A model generated the notes under the pieces. It did no database searches. It had not been told where the DNA came from and saw only the letters and a program-made list of their open reading frames with translations. Made by a program: the position numbers and the translations under genes. This document shows positions 53,814-64,000 of a stretch of DNA of 64,000 nt, one piece after another (the first letter of the stretch is position 1; each line of letters starts with the position of its first letter). The stretch is from Anaeromyxobacter sp. GTDB taxonomy: Bacteria; Myxococcota; Myxococcia; Myxococcales; Anaeromyxobacteraceae. Where the stretch lies: positions 96,001 through 160,000 of the forward strand of contig JASGJN010000021.1 of NCBI GenBank assembly GCA_049840735.1, read 5' to 3'.

Positions 53814-55507
53814 CAGACCCAATCCGCGCTGACGCGGGATGAGCTTCGCCGGTATCTCGGCGCCGCACTCTCAGCGGCGGGACGCAGGTCGCCCAGCGGC
53901 GTCGGCCGCGGGACGGGTCAGGTTGTCAGCGCGCAATGAAGAAGGGGCGGCCTGCGGGCCGGTGGTTCAGGTGACGACAGCGGGCCCGTGCTGATCGGCG
54001 ACGCGGGCGGCGAGCAGCGCGTCGCGGAGGGTCTCCGCGGCACGGGCCCAGGCGATGGGGCCGCCGTCCTTGCGAGGCGCCAGGGCCCGCCAGGCGCTCA
54101 GCGCGTTGTAGCCGATGATCCGCAGCCAGCTGACGGTCTCGATGGCGGCCCGGTTCGCCTGGCAGGGGTGGCCATCGTCCTCGCCCAGCACCACGTCCAG
54201 GGTCCAGTGGCAGCGGTTCTCAATCCCCCAGTGCAGACGGACGAGCGCCAGCTCCTGGTCCCGGGTCAGGGTCCCGGTGGGGATCGAGGTGACGAAGTAC
54301 CGCTGCTCGACCGCCACAATCTCGCCGCGCCGGTCGGTCGTGGTCTGGCAGACGTACCAAAGCTGCTGGGCGCCCTCCATGACGACGGAGGGGCTGCCGG
54401 CGACGTCGCGGACGTAGAGCTCCCGCACCACGACGTTACCTCTGTACCGCTCGGTGGTCCGGGCGACCGGGTCACCAATCGTGTACTCGCCGTGCTCGCG
54501 GGCGAAGGCGTGCAGGTACGGCTGGTTGCCCTTGAGGCCGAACAGGTACCAGCAGCCGAGCGAGCTCACGAGCTCCGCGTTCTCGCGGGCGCAGAGGCCT
54601 GCGTCGCCGGTGACGATGCGGAACTGCCCGCCCAGCGCCTCGTCAATCTTGGGGAGCAGTTCCCGGAAGGCGGGGGACTCGCCCTCCTTGGAGCCGATGA
54701 TCCGCTGTCCGACGCAGAGGCAGGCGGAGGAGGAGGTCAGCGCGGCGCGGAGGGCGCCGAAGGTCTGCAGCGAGGATCCCGCGGCGTCGTAGGCCGACTG
54801 CAGGGCGCCGGGCAGCTCCTCGCCGTCGATCCGGGACCAGGTCCCCTTGCCGTCGAAGCTCATCACGCCGACCGGGAAACGATCGTTCCTGGCCACCTTG
54901 CGGGCGACGAGAATCCTTCGCCTGCGCGAAGACGGTCTCCTCCAGGCCGGCTGGGTCCTGCTGGGCGAGCAGGCGGTAGAGGGTGGTGTCGCACGGCTTC
55001 CCCGCGACCGGGAGTCCCAGCGCGCGGCGAGCGCCCAGGCCGAGGTCGGCAAAGAAGTCCTCGGCGCGCCGCAGCGTCCGACAGCCCACGGAGAACGCGG
55101 CGGCCAGGCCTCCCAGCAGGCCCAGGTGGTCGTGGACGACCCAGGCCTCCTCGCGAGGGTCCTCGACTCCGTGGTCCCACGGGATGTCGGCGTGCCGCAG
55201 GGCACGTCGGGCTTGTGTTTCGGTGATCGGCATGATCTCCTGCCTCTCGGCCTCTTCTCGTTTTGCGCGAGTTCGGCCGTCTTTGGGGGTGGGGGCCCGC
55301 ATAGCCTCCACCCCTTCTCCTTTTGCGCGGGCGGGATGATCGCCGAGGTGGATCGCGGCGTCAATCTTGCCGATCAGGAATCCGAGGCGACGGCGGGCGG
55401 AGTCGGCCCCGCGCCACGAAAATCACCCTCGTCTCGGCGCGAGTTGGACTCTCAAGCGCCCCAGGCGCGAGAATCGCGAGACGACGGGTCAGCGGGAATC
55501 AGGTCTG
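53814..55507 (-). mobile_element. ISAs1-family insertion sequence, 1694 bp
   Basis: IRs CAGACCCAATCCGCGCTGAC and (revcomp) CAGACCTGATTCCCGCTGAC, 16/20 identical; direct repeat AGGGTCCGGGC at 53803-53813 and 55508-55518. Confidence 0.92.
53967..55302 (-). CDS. ISAs1-family DDE transposase; apparent +1 frameshift at 54912-54913
   Basis: EDPR, SFDGK, VTGDAG, LKGNQP, RYFVTS, RLHWGIENRCHWTLDV...ED. Confidence 0.9.
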
Positions 55508-55606
55508 AGGGTCCGGGCGGGGCGGTGGGGGGCGGGCGGGCGAGCGGCCGGAGAACTCCTGGCAACTGGATCGGGGGCCCCTGCCGCGGATAGACTCCCG
55601 GGCTTC

Positions 55607-56296
55607 ATGGTCCAGTTCAACTCGGACACGCGCGAGATCGCCGTCAAGGTCGTCTATTACGGCCCCGCCCTCTCCGGCAAGACCACCAACCTCCACGCGC
55701 TCCACCAGAAGATCGACGGCAAGGTCCGCGGGCGTCTCATGACGCTCGACACCAAGGACGACCGGACGCTCTTCTTCGACATGATGCCCGTGTTCTTCAA
55801 GACCCGGGCCGGCGTGAAGGTGAAGCTGAAGCTGTACACGGTGCCCGGCCAGGTGATGCACGAGTCCACCCGGCGCATCGTGCTGCAGGGCAGCGACGCG
55901 GTGGCGTTCGTGGCCGACTCGCGGCGCAGCGAGGCCGCGAACACGCTCGCCTACTGGCAGAACATGCTCAAGAACCTGGAGGCGAACGGGCTCGATCCGA
56001 AGACCCTGCCCATCGTCATCCAGATGAACAAGCGCGACCTGCCGGACGCGCGCGGCGAGGACGAGTGGCAGGACCTGCGCGCCATCGTGCCGGCGCCGGT
56101 GGTGCCGGCCGTGGCCATCCGCGGCGAGGGCGTGGTGGAGACGCTGCACGCCGTGCTGCAGCGCTGCTACCGCAGCCTGGACCGGCAGTTCTCGCTGGAC
56201 GCCCACTGGAAGATCCCGGAGCGCGAGTTCCTCTCCCAGAATCTTCTCCAACGTCGACCTGCGCGGGACGGCCATGGCCGGGGAGGCCGGCGCGCG

Positions 56297-56300
<4 letters not shown>
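55607..56300 (+). CDS. sofG: MglA-family small GTPase, SofG-like; apparent +1 frameshift at 56240-56241
   Basis: KVVYYGPALSGKTTNL, DRTLFFD, TVPGQ, NKRDL; corrected C-terminal extension EREFLSQIF; located upstream of a dif cluster. Confidence 0.72.
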
Positions 56301-57677
<1,377 letters not shown>

Positions 57678-57717
57678 CCGACGGCTCCTCACCCCGCTCG
57701 CCGCTCCCCAGGCTCCC

Positions 57718-57750
57718 TCCGCTCGGGGTGAGCCTGTCGAACCCCGAGCC
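57718..57750. repeat. Minimal TTCGAC/GCTCA repeat, reverse orientation
   Basis: GCTCGGGGTGAGCCTGTCGAACCCCGAGC. Confidence 0.8.
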
Positions 57751-57765
57751 GCGCCGAGGCCCCCG

Positions 57766-58842
57766 ATGACCGAGTTCGAGCTCATCTCGCGCTTCACCTC
57801 GCGCCTGCCGCTGGACGGCGAGGGCGTGCGCCTCGGCGTGGGCGACGACGCCGCCCTGCTCCGCCCGCCGGCCGGCGAGGTGCTGGTCACCACCGTGGAC
57901 ATGGTGGTGGAGGGCGTCCACTTCGACGACCGCTTCACCCCGGCCGACGTGGGCTGGAAGGCGCTGGCGGTGAACCTCTCCGACCTGGCCGCCATGGGCG
58001 CCCGCCCGCTCTGGGCGCTGGTGTCCCTGGCCCTCCCGCCCGGCATCGCGCCGGCGCGGCTGGACGGCCTGGCCCAGGGGCTGGCCGCCTGCGCCCGGCC
58101 CCACGCCGTGGCGGTGGTGGGCGGCAACGTCTCGCGCGCCAGGGAGCTGTCGGTCGCGGTGACGGTGATCGGCTCGGTGCCGGAGAAGCTGGCCCTGACC
58201 CGCGGCGGCGCCCGCCCGGGCGACCTCCTGCTCGCCTCGGGCAGCTTCGGCGGCGCGGCGCTGGGCCTGCGCCCACGGGCCTCGGCGGCGCTGGCCAGGC
58301 GGCAGCGCCGGCCCGAGCCGCGGGTGGCGCTGGGGCGGGCCCTGGCCGGCGTGGCGCGCGCCGCCATCGACGTCTCCGACGGCCTGGTGCAGGACCTGGA
58401 GCACCTCTGCGACGCCTCCGGCGTGGGCGCGGTGGTGGACGTGCGCCGGGTGCCGGTGGACGCGGCGGTCAGGCGGGCGGCCCGCGGCCTGCCCGACCCC
58501 GACCAGCCGGCGCTGGCCGGCGGCGAGGACTACGAGCTGCTGGTCGCGGTCCCCCCGGAGAAGCTGCCCGACGCCGGCGAGGCGGCGCGCCAGGCCGGCG
58601 TCCCGCTGACGGTGATCGGCCAGTTCACCGAGGGCGGCGACGTCACGCTGCTCGACGCGGCGGGCCAGCCGCGGGCGCTGCCGGCGGGCCACGACCACCT
58701 CCGCCCACCGCGCGGCCGGGAGCGGCCCGCGGGTGCGCCTTTGACTTCACCCCCCGGACGTCTAGGATCCGGACCGACCCGCCGCCGTCCAGGGCGGGCG
58801 ATATCACGACAGCGAGGCAGACGTGGTTCGAGCCAGAGGTGA
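57766..58842 (+). CDS. thiL: Thiamine-monophosphate kinase; C-terminal about 45 aa beyond GHDHL of uncertain significance
   Basis: [35 protein letters not shown]. Confidence 0.95.
   Translation: MTEFELISRFTSRLPLDGEGVRLGVGDDAALLRPPAGEVLVTTVDMVVEGVHFDDRFTPADVGWKALAVNLSDLAAMGARPLWALVSLALPPGIAPARLDGLAQGLAACARPHAVAVVGGNVSRARELSVAVTVIGSVPEKLALTRGGARPGDLLLASGSFGGAALGLRPRASAALARRQRRPEPRVALGRALAGVARAAIDVSDGLVQDLEHLCDASGVGAVVDVRRVPVDAAVRRAARGLPDPDQPALAGGEDYELLVAVPPEKLPDAGEAARQAGVPLTVIGQFTEGGDVTLLDAAGQPRALPAGHDHLRPPRGRERPAGAPLTSPPGRLGSGPTRRRPGRAISRQRGRRGSSQR
58741..58768 (+). promoter_or_regulatory. Candidate sigma70 promoter for the dif cluster
   Basis: TTGACT-16 bp-TAGGAT upstream of the MCP gene. 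Confidence 0.55.
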
Positions 58843-60211
58843 CGAGCGGCTCTCGACGCGCCCCAGCGCACGCGCCAGCGACGCGCCGCACCTGGTCGCC
58901 ATGCGGGGGCGGGCGCCCGAGCCGGCGCTCCGGCCCGCGCCGCAGGCGAGCGGCCTGACCGCGTCGCTGCAGACCAAGATCCTGGTCTCCTACCTGATCG
59001 TCGGCGCGGTGCTGTTCCTGGCCGTGCCGAAGGTGGGGGAGTACGTCAAGGTCTGGTGGATCGAGGCCATCGTGGTCCTCGCCATCACGCTGGCGCTGGG
59101 CGCGTTCCTGACCCTGCTGGTGGCCCGCGTGGCCCGCCTGGGCCGCCTGAAGGAGAGCGCGGTCGAGATCAGCCGCGGCGACCTCTCCCGCAGCGTGATC
59201 TCCGAGGAGCAGCGCGCCTTCCACGACGAGATCGACGACCTGACCGTCGCCATCCGCACCATGCAGGAGAACCTGCGGGACCTGGTGTCGCGCATCCAGC
59301 GCACCGCCCAGTCGGTCTCGGACAGCGCCACCGAGCTGCAGAACTCCGCCGAGGAGGTCAACGCCTCCACCGACGAGGTGGCCTCCTCGATGGAGAAGAT
59401 CGCCGAGGGCGCCGGGCAGCAGTCCGACCTGGTGGAGCGCACCTCCAAGGTGATCGGCGAGATCGCCGCCTCCATCGAGCGGACCGCCCGCAGCGCCGAG
59501 GAGGCGGCCCGCACCTCCGCCGAGACCTCCGGCGCCGCCCACTCCGGCGGCGAGGCCGCGCGGCTGGCCGGCGAGAAGGTGAAGAAGGTGTTCGCCCGGA
59601 TCGAGGCGGCCTCCGAGCAGGTCTTCGCCTTCGGCGAGCGCACCAAGGAGATCTCCAAGATCGTCGAGGCCATCACCCAGGTGGCCAACCAGACCAACCT
59701 GCTGGCCCTCAACGCCACCATCGAGGCGGCCCGCGCCGGCGAGTACGGCCGCGGCTTCGCGGTGGTGGCCGAGGAGGTGCGCAAGCTGGCCGAGTCGGCT
59801 GGGCGCTCCGCCGAGCAGATCTCCTCGCTGGCCACCGACATCTCCGGCCGCGCCGCCAAGGTGGTCGAGACCATGCAGGAGTCGGTCTCCGAGCTGGGCG
59901 ACGGCCGCGAGGACCTGAACGCCATCATCCGCACCCTGGCCGACATCGCCAAGATCGCCGCCACCGGCGCCGACAAGGTGGGCGTCATCTCCCAGGCCGC
60001 CCGCGACCAGCTGAAGGGCTCGGCGGACATGGTCCAGGCGATGGACCACATCTCCGACGTGGCCTCCTCCAACGCCAGCAGCACCGAGTCGGTGCGCAAG
60101 GTGATGGGCGAGCAGACGGCGGCGGTCTCGCAGATGGCCAGCGCCGCGCAGGAGCTGACCAACCTGTCGGTCGAGCTGCAGTCGGTGGTCTCGCGGTTCC
60201 GGCTCGGTTAG
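58823..60211 (+). CDS. difA: Methyl-accepting chemotaxis protein without periplasmic domain, DifA-like; start uncertain
   Basis: Two closely spaced TM segments, [38 protein letters not shown]. Confidence 0.8.
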   Translation: MVRARGDERLSTRPSARASDAPHLVAMRGRAPEPALRPAPQASGLTASLQTKILVSYLIVGAVLFLAVPKVGEYVKVWWIEAIVVLAITLALGAFLTLLVARVARLGRLKESAVEISRGDLSRSVISEEQRAFHDEIDDLTVAIRTMQENLRDLVSRIQRTAQSVSDSATELQNSAEEVNASTDEVASSMEKIAEGAGQQSDLVERTSKVIGEIAASIERTARSAEEAARTSAETSGAAHSGGEAARLAGEKVKKVFARIEAASEQVFAFGERTKEISKIVEAITQVANQTNLLALNATIEAARAGEYGRGFAVVAEEVRKLAESAGRSAEQISSLATDISGRAAKVVETMQESVSELGDGREDLNAIIRTLADIAKIAATGADKVGVISQAARDQLKGSADMVQAMDHISDVASSNASSTESVRKVMGEQTAAVSQMASAAQELTNLSVELQSVVSRFRLG

Positions 60212-60214
60212 CCC

Positions 60215-60631
60215 ATGCGCCACGTCGTGTTCCGGATCGCGACCGAGCGCTACGCGCTCCCGCTCGACGCGGTCCGGGAGGTGGTGGTCCCGCAGCCGCC
60301 CTTCGCCCGCGTGCCGCGCGTGTCGGAGGCGGTGCGCGGCGTCATGAACCTGCGCGGCCGGGTGCTGGCGGTGGTGGACCTGGCGGCGCTGGTGGGGCTC
60401 CCTCCGCAGCCGCTCCGCGGGGGGACCGGGCAGGTGCTCATCCTGGAGGACCAGGGGAAGCGGGCCCTGGGGTTCCTCATCGGCGGCGTCCAGGGCGTCG
60501 AGCCGCTGACCCCTGGCAGCGAGGCCCCTGGGCTGGTGCGCGGCGTGGCCGCGGCCGGGGCCGGCGCGGTCACGGTGCTGGGGGTGGGGCCGCTGCTGGA
60601 GACCGCGCTGGGGCTGTTCGGGGAGCGATGA
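60215..60631 (+). CDS. difC: CheW-family coupling protein, DifC-like
   Basis: YALPLDAVREVV, GVMNLRGRVLAVVDL. Confidence 0.8.
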   Translation: MRHVVFRIATERYALPLDAVREVVVPQPPFARVPRVSEAVRGVMNLRGRVLAVVDLAALVGLPPQPLRGGTGQVLILEDQGKRALGFLIGGVQGVEPLTPGSEAPGLVRGVAAAGAGAVTVLGVGPLLETALGLFGER

Positions 60632-60747
60632 GACGCGGCGTGACAGGCGGTCGCTGTGAGCCGAGGTGAGCAAGTCGGTCGATCGCTTGTCCGGCGAGTC
60701 AGTCCGGTGGTAGGGTCGCAGCACCTCCCGGGGAGGACCTTTTTTTT

Positions 60748-61116
60748 ATGCCGAAGCGAGTCCTGATCGTCGATGACGCGATCTTCATGCGCAACATGAT
60801 CAAGGACATCTTCAGCGGGTCCGGGTTCGAGGTGGTCGGTGAAGCCGCCAACGGACTCGAAGCCGTGGAGAAGTACCGCGAGCTGCGCCCCGACCTCACC
60901 ACGATGGACATCGTGATGCCGTTCAAGAGCGGCATCGAGGCCACGCGCGAGATCATCAAGACCGACGCCAAGGCGGTCATCGTGATGTGCTCGGCGCTGG
61001 GCCAGGAGTCGCTGGTGATGGAGGCCATCGAGGCCGGCGCGAGCGACTTCATCGTGAAGCCGTTCAAGTCGGAGGACGTGCTCTCGGTGGTCAAGAAGGT
61101 GCTGGGCGACGCTTAG
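60748..61116 (+). CDS. difD: CheY-family response regulator, DifD-like
   Basis: VDDAIFMRNMIKDIF, MDIVMP, CSALGQE, IVKPF. Confidence 0.85.
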   Translation: MPKRVLIVDDAIFMRNMIKDIFSGSGFEVVGEAANGLEAVEKYRELRPDLTTMDIVMPFKSGIEATREIIKTDAKAVIVMCSALGQESLVMEAIEAGASDFIVKPFKSEDVLSVVKKVLGDA

Positions 61117-61169
61117 CCCTCCCAGGTCCGCCGGCGCGCCGGCCGGCCGGCGAGGCTGGAGGAGGCGCC

Positions 61170-63240
61170 GTGGACCTCTCCAAGTACCTGGCGCTGTACG
61201 TGGCCGAGGCGGGCGAGCACCTCGCCGGCTACGGCCGCGACCTGGTCACGCTGGAGCGGGCGGTCCGCGAGGGCGCCGGGGACGTCCGCGAGGTCATCGA
61301 CAGCCTGTTCCGCCACGCGCACAGCGTGAAGGGCATGAGCGCGTCGATGGAGCTGGAGGGGCCGGCGGCGCTGGCCCACCGCGCCGAGGACCTGGTGGAC
61401 CTGTTCCGCCGCGGCGTGGCCAGGCCGGACGAGGCCTCGGTCGACCTGCTGCTCTCGGTGGGCGACACGCTCCAGGCCATGGTGCAGGCGGCGGGGCGCG
61501 GCGAGAAGCCGGCCGCGGACGCCGACCTGGTCCAGCGCGTCACCGGGCAGCTCAAGCGGCTCAAGGGCGAGCCGGAGGAGCCGGCCCCGGCCGCGGTGGC
61601 CCCCCCGCCGCCCGCGCCTGCCGCGGCCCCTCCTGCGCCGCCCCCGCCCGCCCCGGCGCCTGCGCCCGCCGCCGCCCCGGCCCAGCCGGAGTCGCGCGAG
61701 GCGGCCACGGCGGCCCGCGCCGAGGCGGCCCGGCCCGCGGAGGTGCGCACGCACCGGCGGGTCCAGGCGCTGGTGGAGATCGCCGGCAACTGCCCGGTGC
61801 CGGCGGTGCGCGGCTTCCTGGTGGTGAAGAAGCTGGCCACGGTGGGCGCGGTGGCGCGGGCCACCCCCACGGTCGAGGACCTCAAGATCGGCCGCATCCC
61901 CGGCAAGAAGCTGGAGGTGCTGCTCGACACGGCCGAGCCGCTGGCGGCCCTGGAGAAGCTGCTGGGGCAGATCTCCGACATCGCCACGGTGACGCTGCGC
62001 GAGCCGGAGCCGGAGCACGAGCCGGCGGCCCCGGCGGCCGCGCCGCGCCCGGCGGCGGAGGCGGTGCCGGCGGCGGAGGCGGCCCGCACGGTGCGCGTCC
62101 GCACCGAGATCCTGGACGGCTTCCTGGACGCGGTGGGCGAGCTGATCCTGGCCACCGACCGGATCCGCGGAATCGGCCGGACGGTGCCGGGGCAGCAGCG
62201 CAAGCCGCTGGAGGAGGGCGTCGACCGGCTGCACGCCATCGTCAAGGACCTGCACGACAAGGTCATGCGGGTGCGGATGACGCCGCTGGCGCTCATCACC
62301 GAGCGCCTGCCGCGCGCGGCCCGCGACGTGGCCCGCAAGGTCAACAAGCAGGTGGAGGTGGCCATCGAGGGGGCCGAGATCGGAGATCGACCGGGCCATC
62401 CTGGAGGAGCTCTCCGACCCGCTGCAGCACGTGCTGCGCAACGCCATCGACCACGGCGTGGAGCCGCCGCACCTGCGCCTGCTGGCCGGCAAGCAGGCCA
62501 CGGGGCACATCCGCATCCAGGCCCGGCGCGATCGCGACCGGGTGATCCTCGACATCTCCGACGACGGCAAGGGCATGGACCCGGCCAAGCTGCGCGCGGC
62601 GGCCGTGGCGCGCGGGGTGCTGACGCAGGAGGCGGCCGACGCGCTGACCGACCGCGACGCGCTGCTGCTGGCCTGCCTGCCGGGCGTCTCCACGGCGGAG
62701 CAGGTGACGGACCTGTCCGGCCGCGGCGTGGGGATGGACGCGGTCAAGCGCACGGTGGAGGCGGTGGGCGGCGCGCTGGAGATCGACAGCGTGCCGGGGC
62801 GCGGCACGAAGTTCACGCTGCGGCTGCCCCTGACGGTGGCGGTGCAGCCGGTGCTGCTGGTCCGGGTGGGCGAGGAGGTGCTGGGGCTGCCCATCGCCAA
62901 GGTGCACGGCGCGGCGCAGGTCTCGCTCTCGGCGCTGGACCGGACCCGCGGCGTGCCGGTGCTGCCCTACGCGGGCGACATCGTGCCGGTGCGCGACCTG
63001 GGCCACCTGCTGGGCTTCGACGAGGCCCCGGGGCGCGACGAGCGCGCGGTGGTGCTCACCGACGGCGGCGACACGGGCCGGGTGGGCCTGGCGGTGGACG
63101 GGCTGCTGGGCCAGCAGGAGGCGGTGCTGAAGCCGCTGGGCCAGCCGCTGGAGAACGTGCCGGGCCTCTCGGCGGTGACGGTGCTCGGCAACGGGCGCCC
63201 GGTCTTCATCCTCGACGTGCAGCGGCTCCTGGCGGCCTGA
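61170..63240 (+). CDS. difE: CheA-family kinase, DifE-like; apparent +1 frameshift at 62382-62383
   Basis: GTG start MDLSKYLALY; HPt FRHAHSVKGM; corrected GAEIEIDRAILEEL; LRNAIDHG; SGRGVGMD; CheW-like tail. Confidence 0.85.
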
Positions 63241-63270
63241 CGTGGACCCCTCGGCGACACGGGTGCAGCC

Positions 63271-63891
63271 GTGAACCAGCTCTTCGGCCGCCGCGAGGTG
63301 GACGCGCTGCAGGAGCTGGCCTCCATCGGCTGCGGCCAGGCCATCACGGCCCTGGGCAAGCTGGCCGGTCACCGGCTGGAGATGGACGTGCCGGAGGCCT
63401 GGCTCTCGGCCCAGGCCGGCGCCATCGCCGCCTTCCTGGACGCGCTCTCGACCGACATCGTCACGGTGGGCGTGAAGCTGGAGGGGCCGCTCACCGGCGA
63501 CCTGCTGCTGGCCCTCCCGGAGCGCGACGCCGAGGCGCTGGCGGCGATGCTGGGCTTCCCGCCGGACAGCACCGGCCCGGACGGCCCGCGCTGGGCGGGC
63601 ATGGCGGAGAGCGCGCTGATGGAGTCCGGCAACATCGTGGGGAGCGCCTTCGTCTCCGCGGTGGGCACGCTCTGCCGCGAGAAGCTGCTGCTCTCCATCC
63701 CCACGCTGGTCCGCGGCAGCGGCCGCGCCTGCGTCGAGGCCCTCGTCTCCCACGCCGGGTCCGTCGCGCTGGCAACCCGCTTCACCGCCGGCGCGCAGGG
63801 CAAGCACAAGCTGGAGGGGCTGATCCTGGTGATGCCCGAGCCGGCCAAGATCGCCCGCCTGCTGGGGCACCTGCTGAAGCCGGAGGAGTAG
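63271..63891 (+). CDS. difG: CheC-family phosphatase, DifG-like
   Basis: DALQELASIG and SALMESGNI. Confidence 0.8.
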   Translation: MNQLFGRREVDALQELASIGCGQAITALGKLAGHRLEMDVPEAWLSAQAGAIAAFLDALSTDIVTVGVKLEGPLTGDLLLALPERDAEALAAMLGFPPDSTGPDGPRWAGMAESALMESGNIVGSAFVSAVGTLCREKLLLSIPTLVRGSGRACVEALVSHAGSVALATRFTAGAQGKHKLEGLILVMPEPAKIARLLGHLLKPEE

Positions 63892-63908
63892 GGGCGGGCG
63901 CGGTCCCT

Positions 63909-63966
63909 GGCCTTCGACTTCGCCGCCGCCGGTGGCGGCGGCTACGCTCAGATGGAATGAAGCGGC
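63909..63966. repeat. TTCGAC/GCTCA family copy, short-loop form
   Basis: GGCCTTCGACTTCGCCGCCGCC..GGCGGCGGCTACGCTCAG. Confidence 0.85.
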
Positions 63967-64000
63967 TGGCCTCCACCTCGGGGTGGTGGCACGAATGCCC

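Overview
A high-GC window from a myxobacterial chromosome, Anaeromyxobacter-like by gene content and order (inferred, not database-checked). The parB-bactofilin pair at the left edge suggests it lies near the origin. Core genes: F1 ATP synthase operon (atpHAGDC), a separate F0 operon (atpZ-I-B-E-F), gyrA, hemL, ychF, mfd with three PPIases and pdxA, hrcA-grpE-dnaK-dnaJ, an LpoA-like lipoprotein, an M50 protease, a DinG/YoaA helicase, thiL, a SofG-like GTPase, three histidine kinases and a Dif-type chemosensory cluster. Accessory content: a Cys-rich/PKD/HEXXH lipoprotein, a sugar ABC transporter behind two LacI-type operators, several small orphan genes, and a complete ISAs1-family IS with 20-bp IRs and an 11-bp target duplication. 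The most striking unexplained structure is a dispersed palindromic repeat family (core TTCGAC...GCTCA) with covarying stems. Its long form carries a variable loop held at 23-25 nt. It forms a 5-unit tandem array beside a nuclease-fold-like orphan gene, appears to be read in-frame in one lipoprotein, and supplies the start codon of a small ORF. Seven genes carry single +1 frameshifts in similar AGA-containing contexts, most likely systematic sequencing error.
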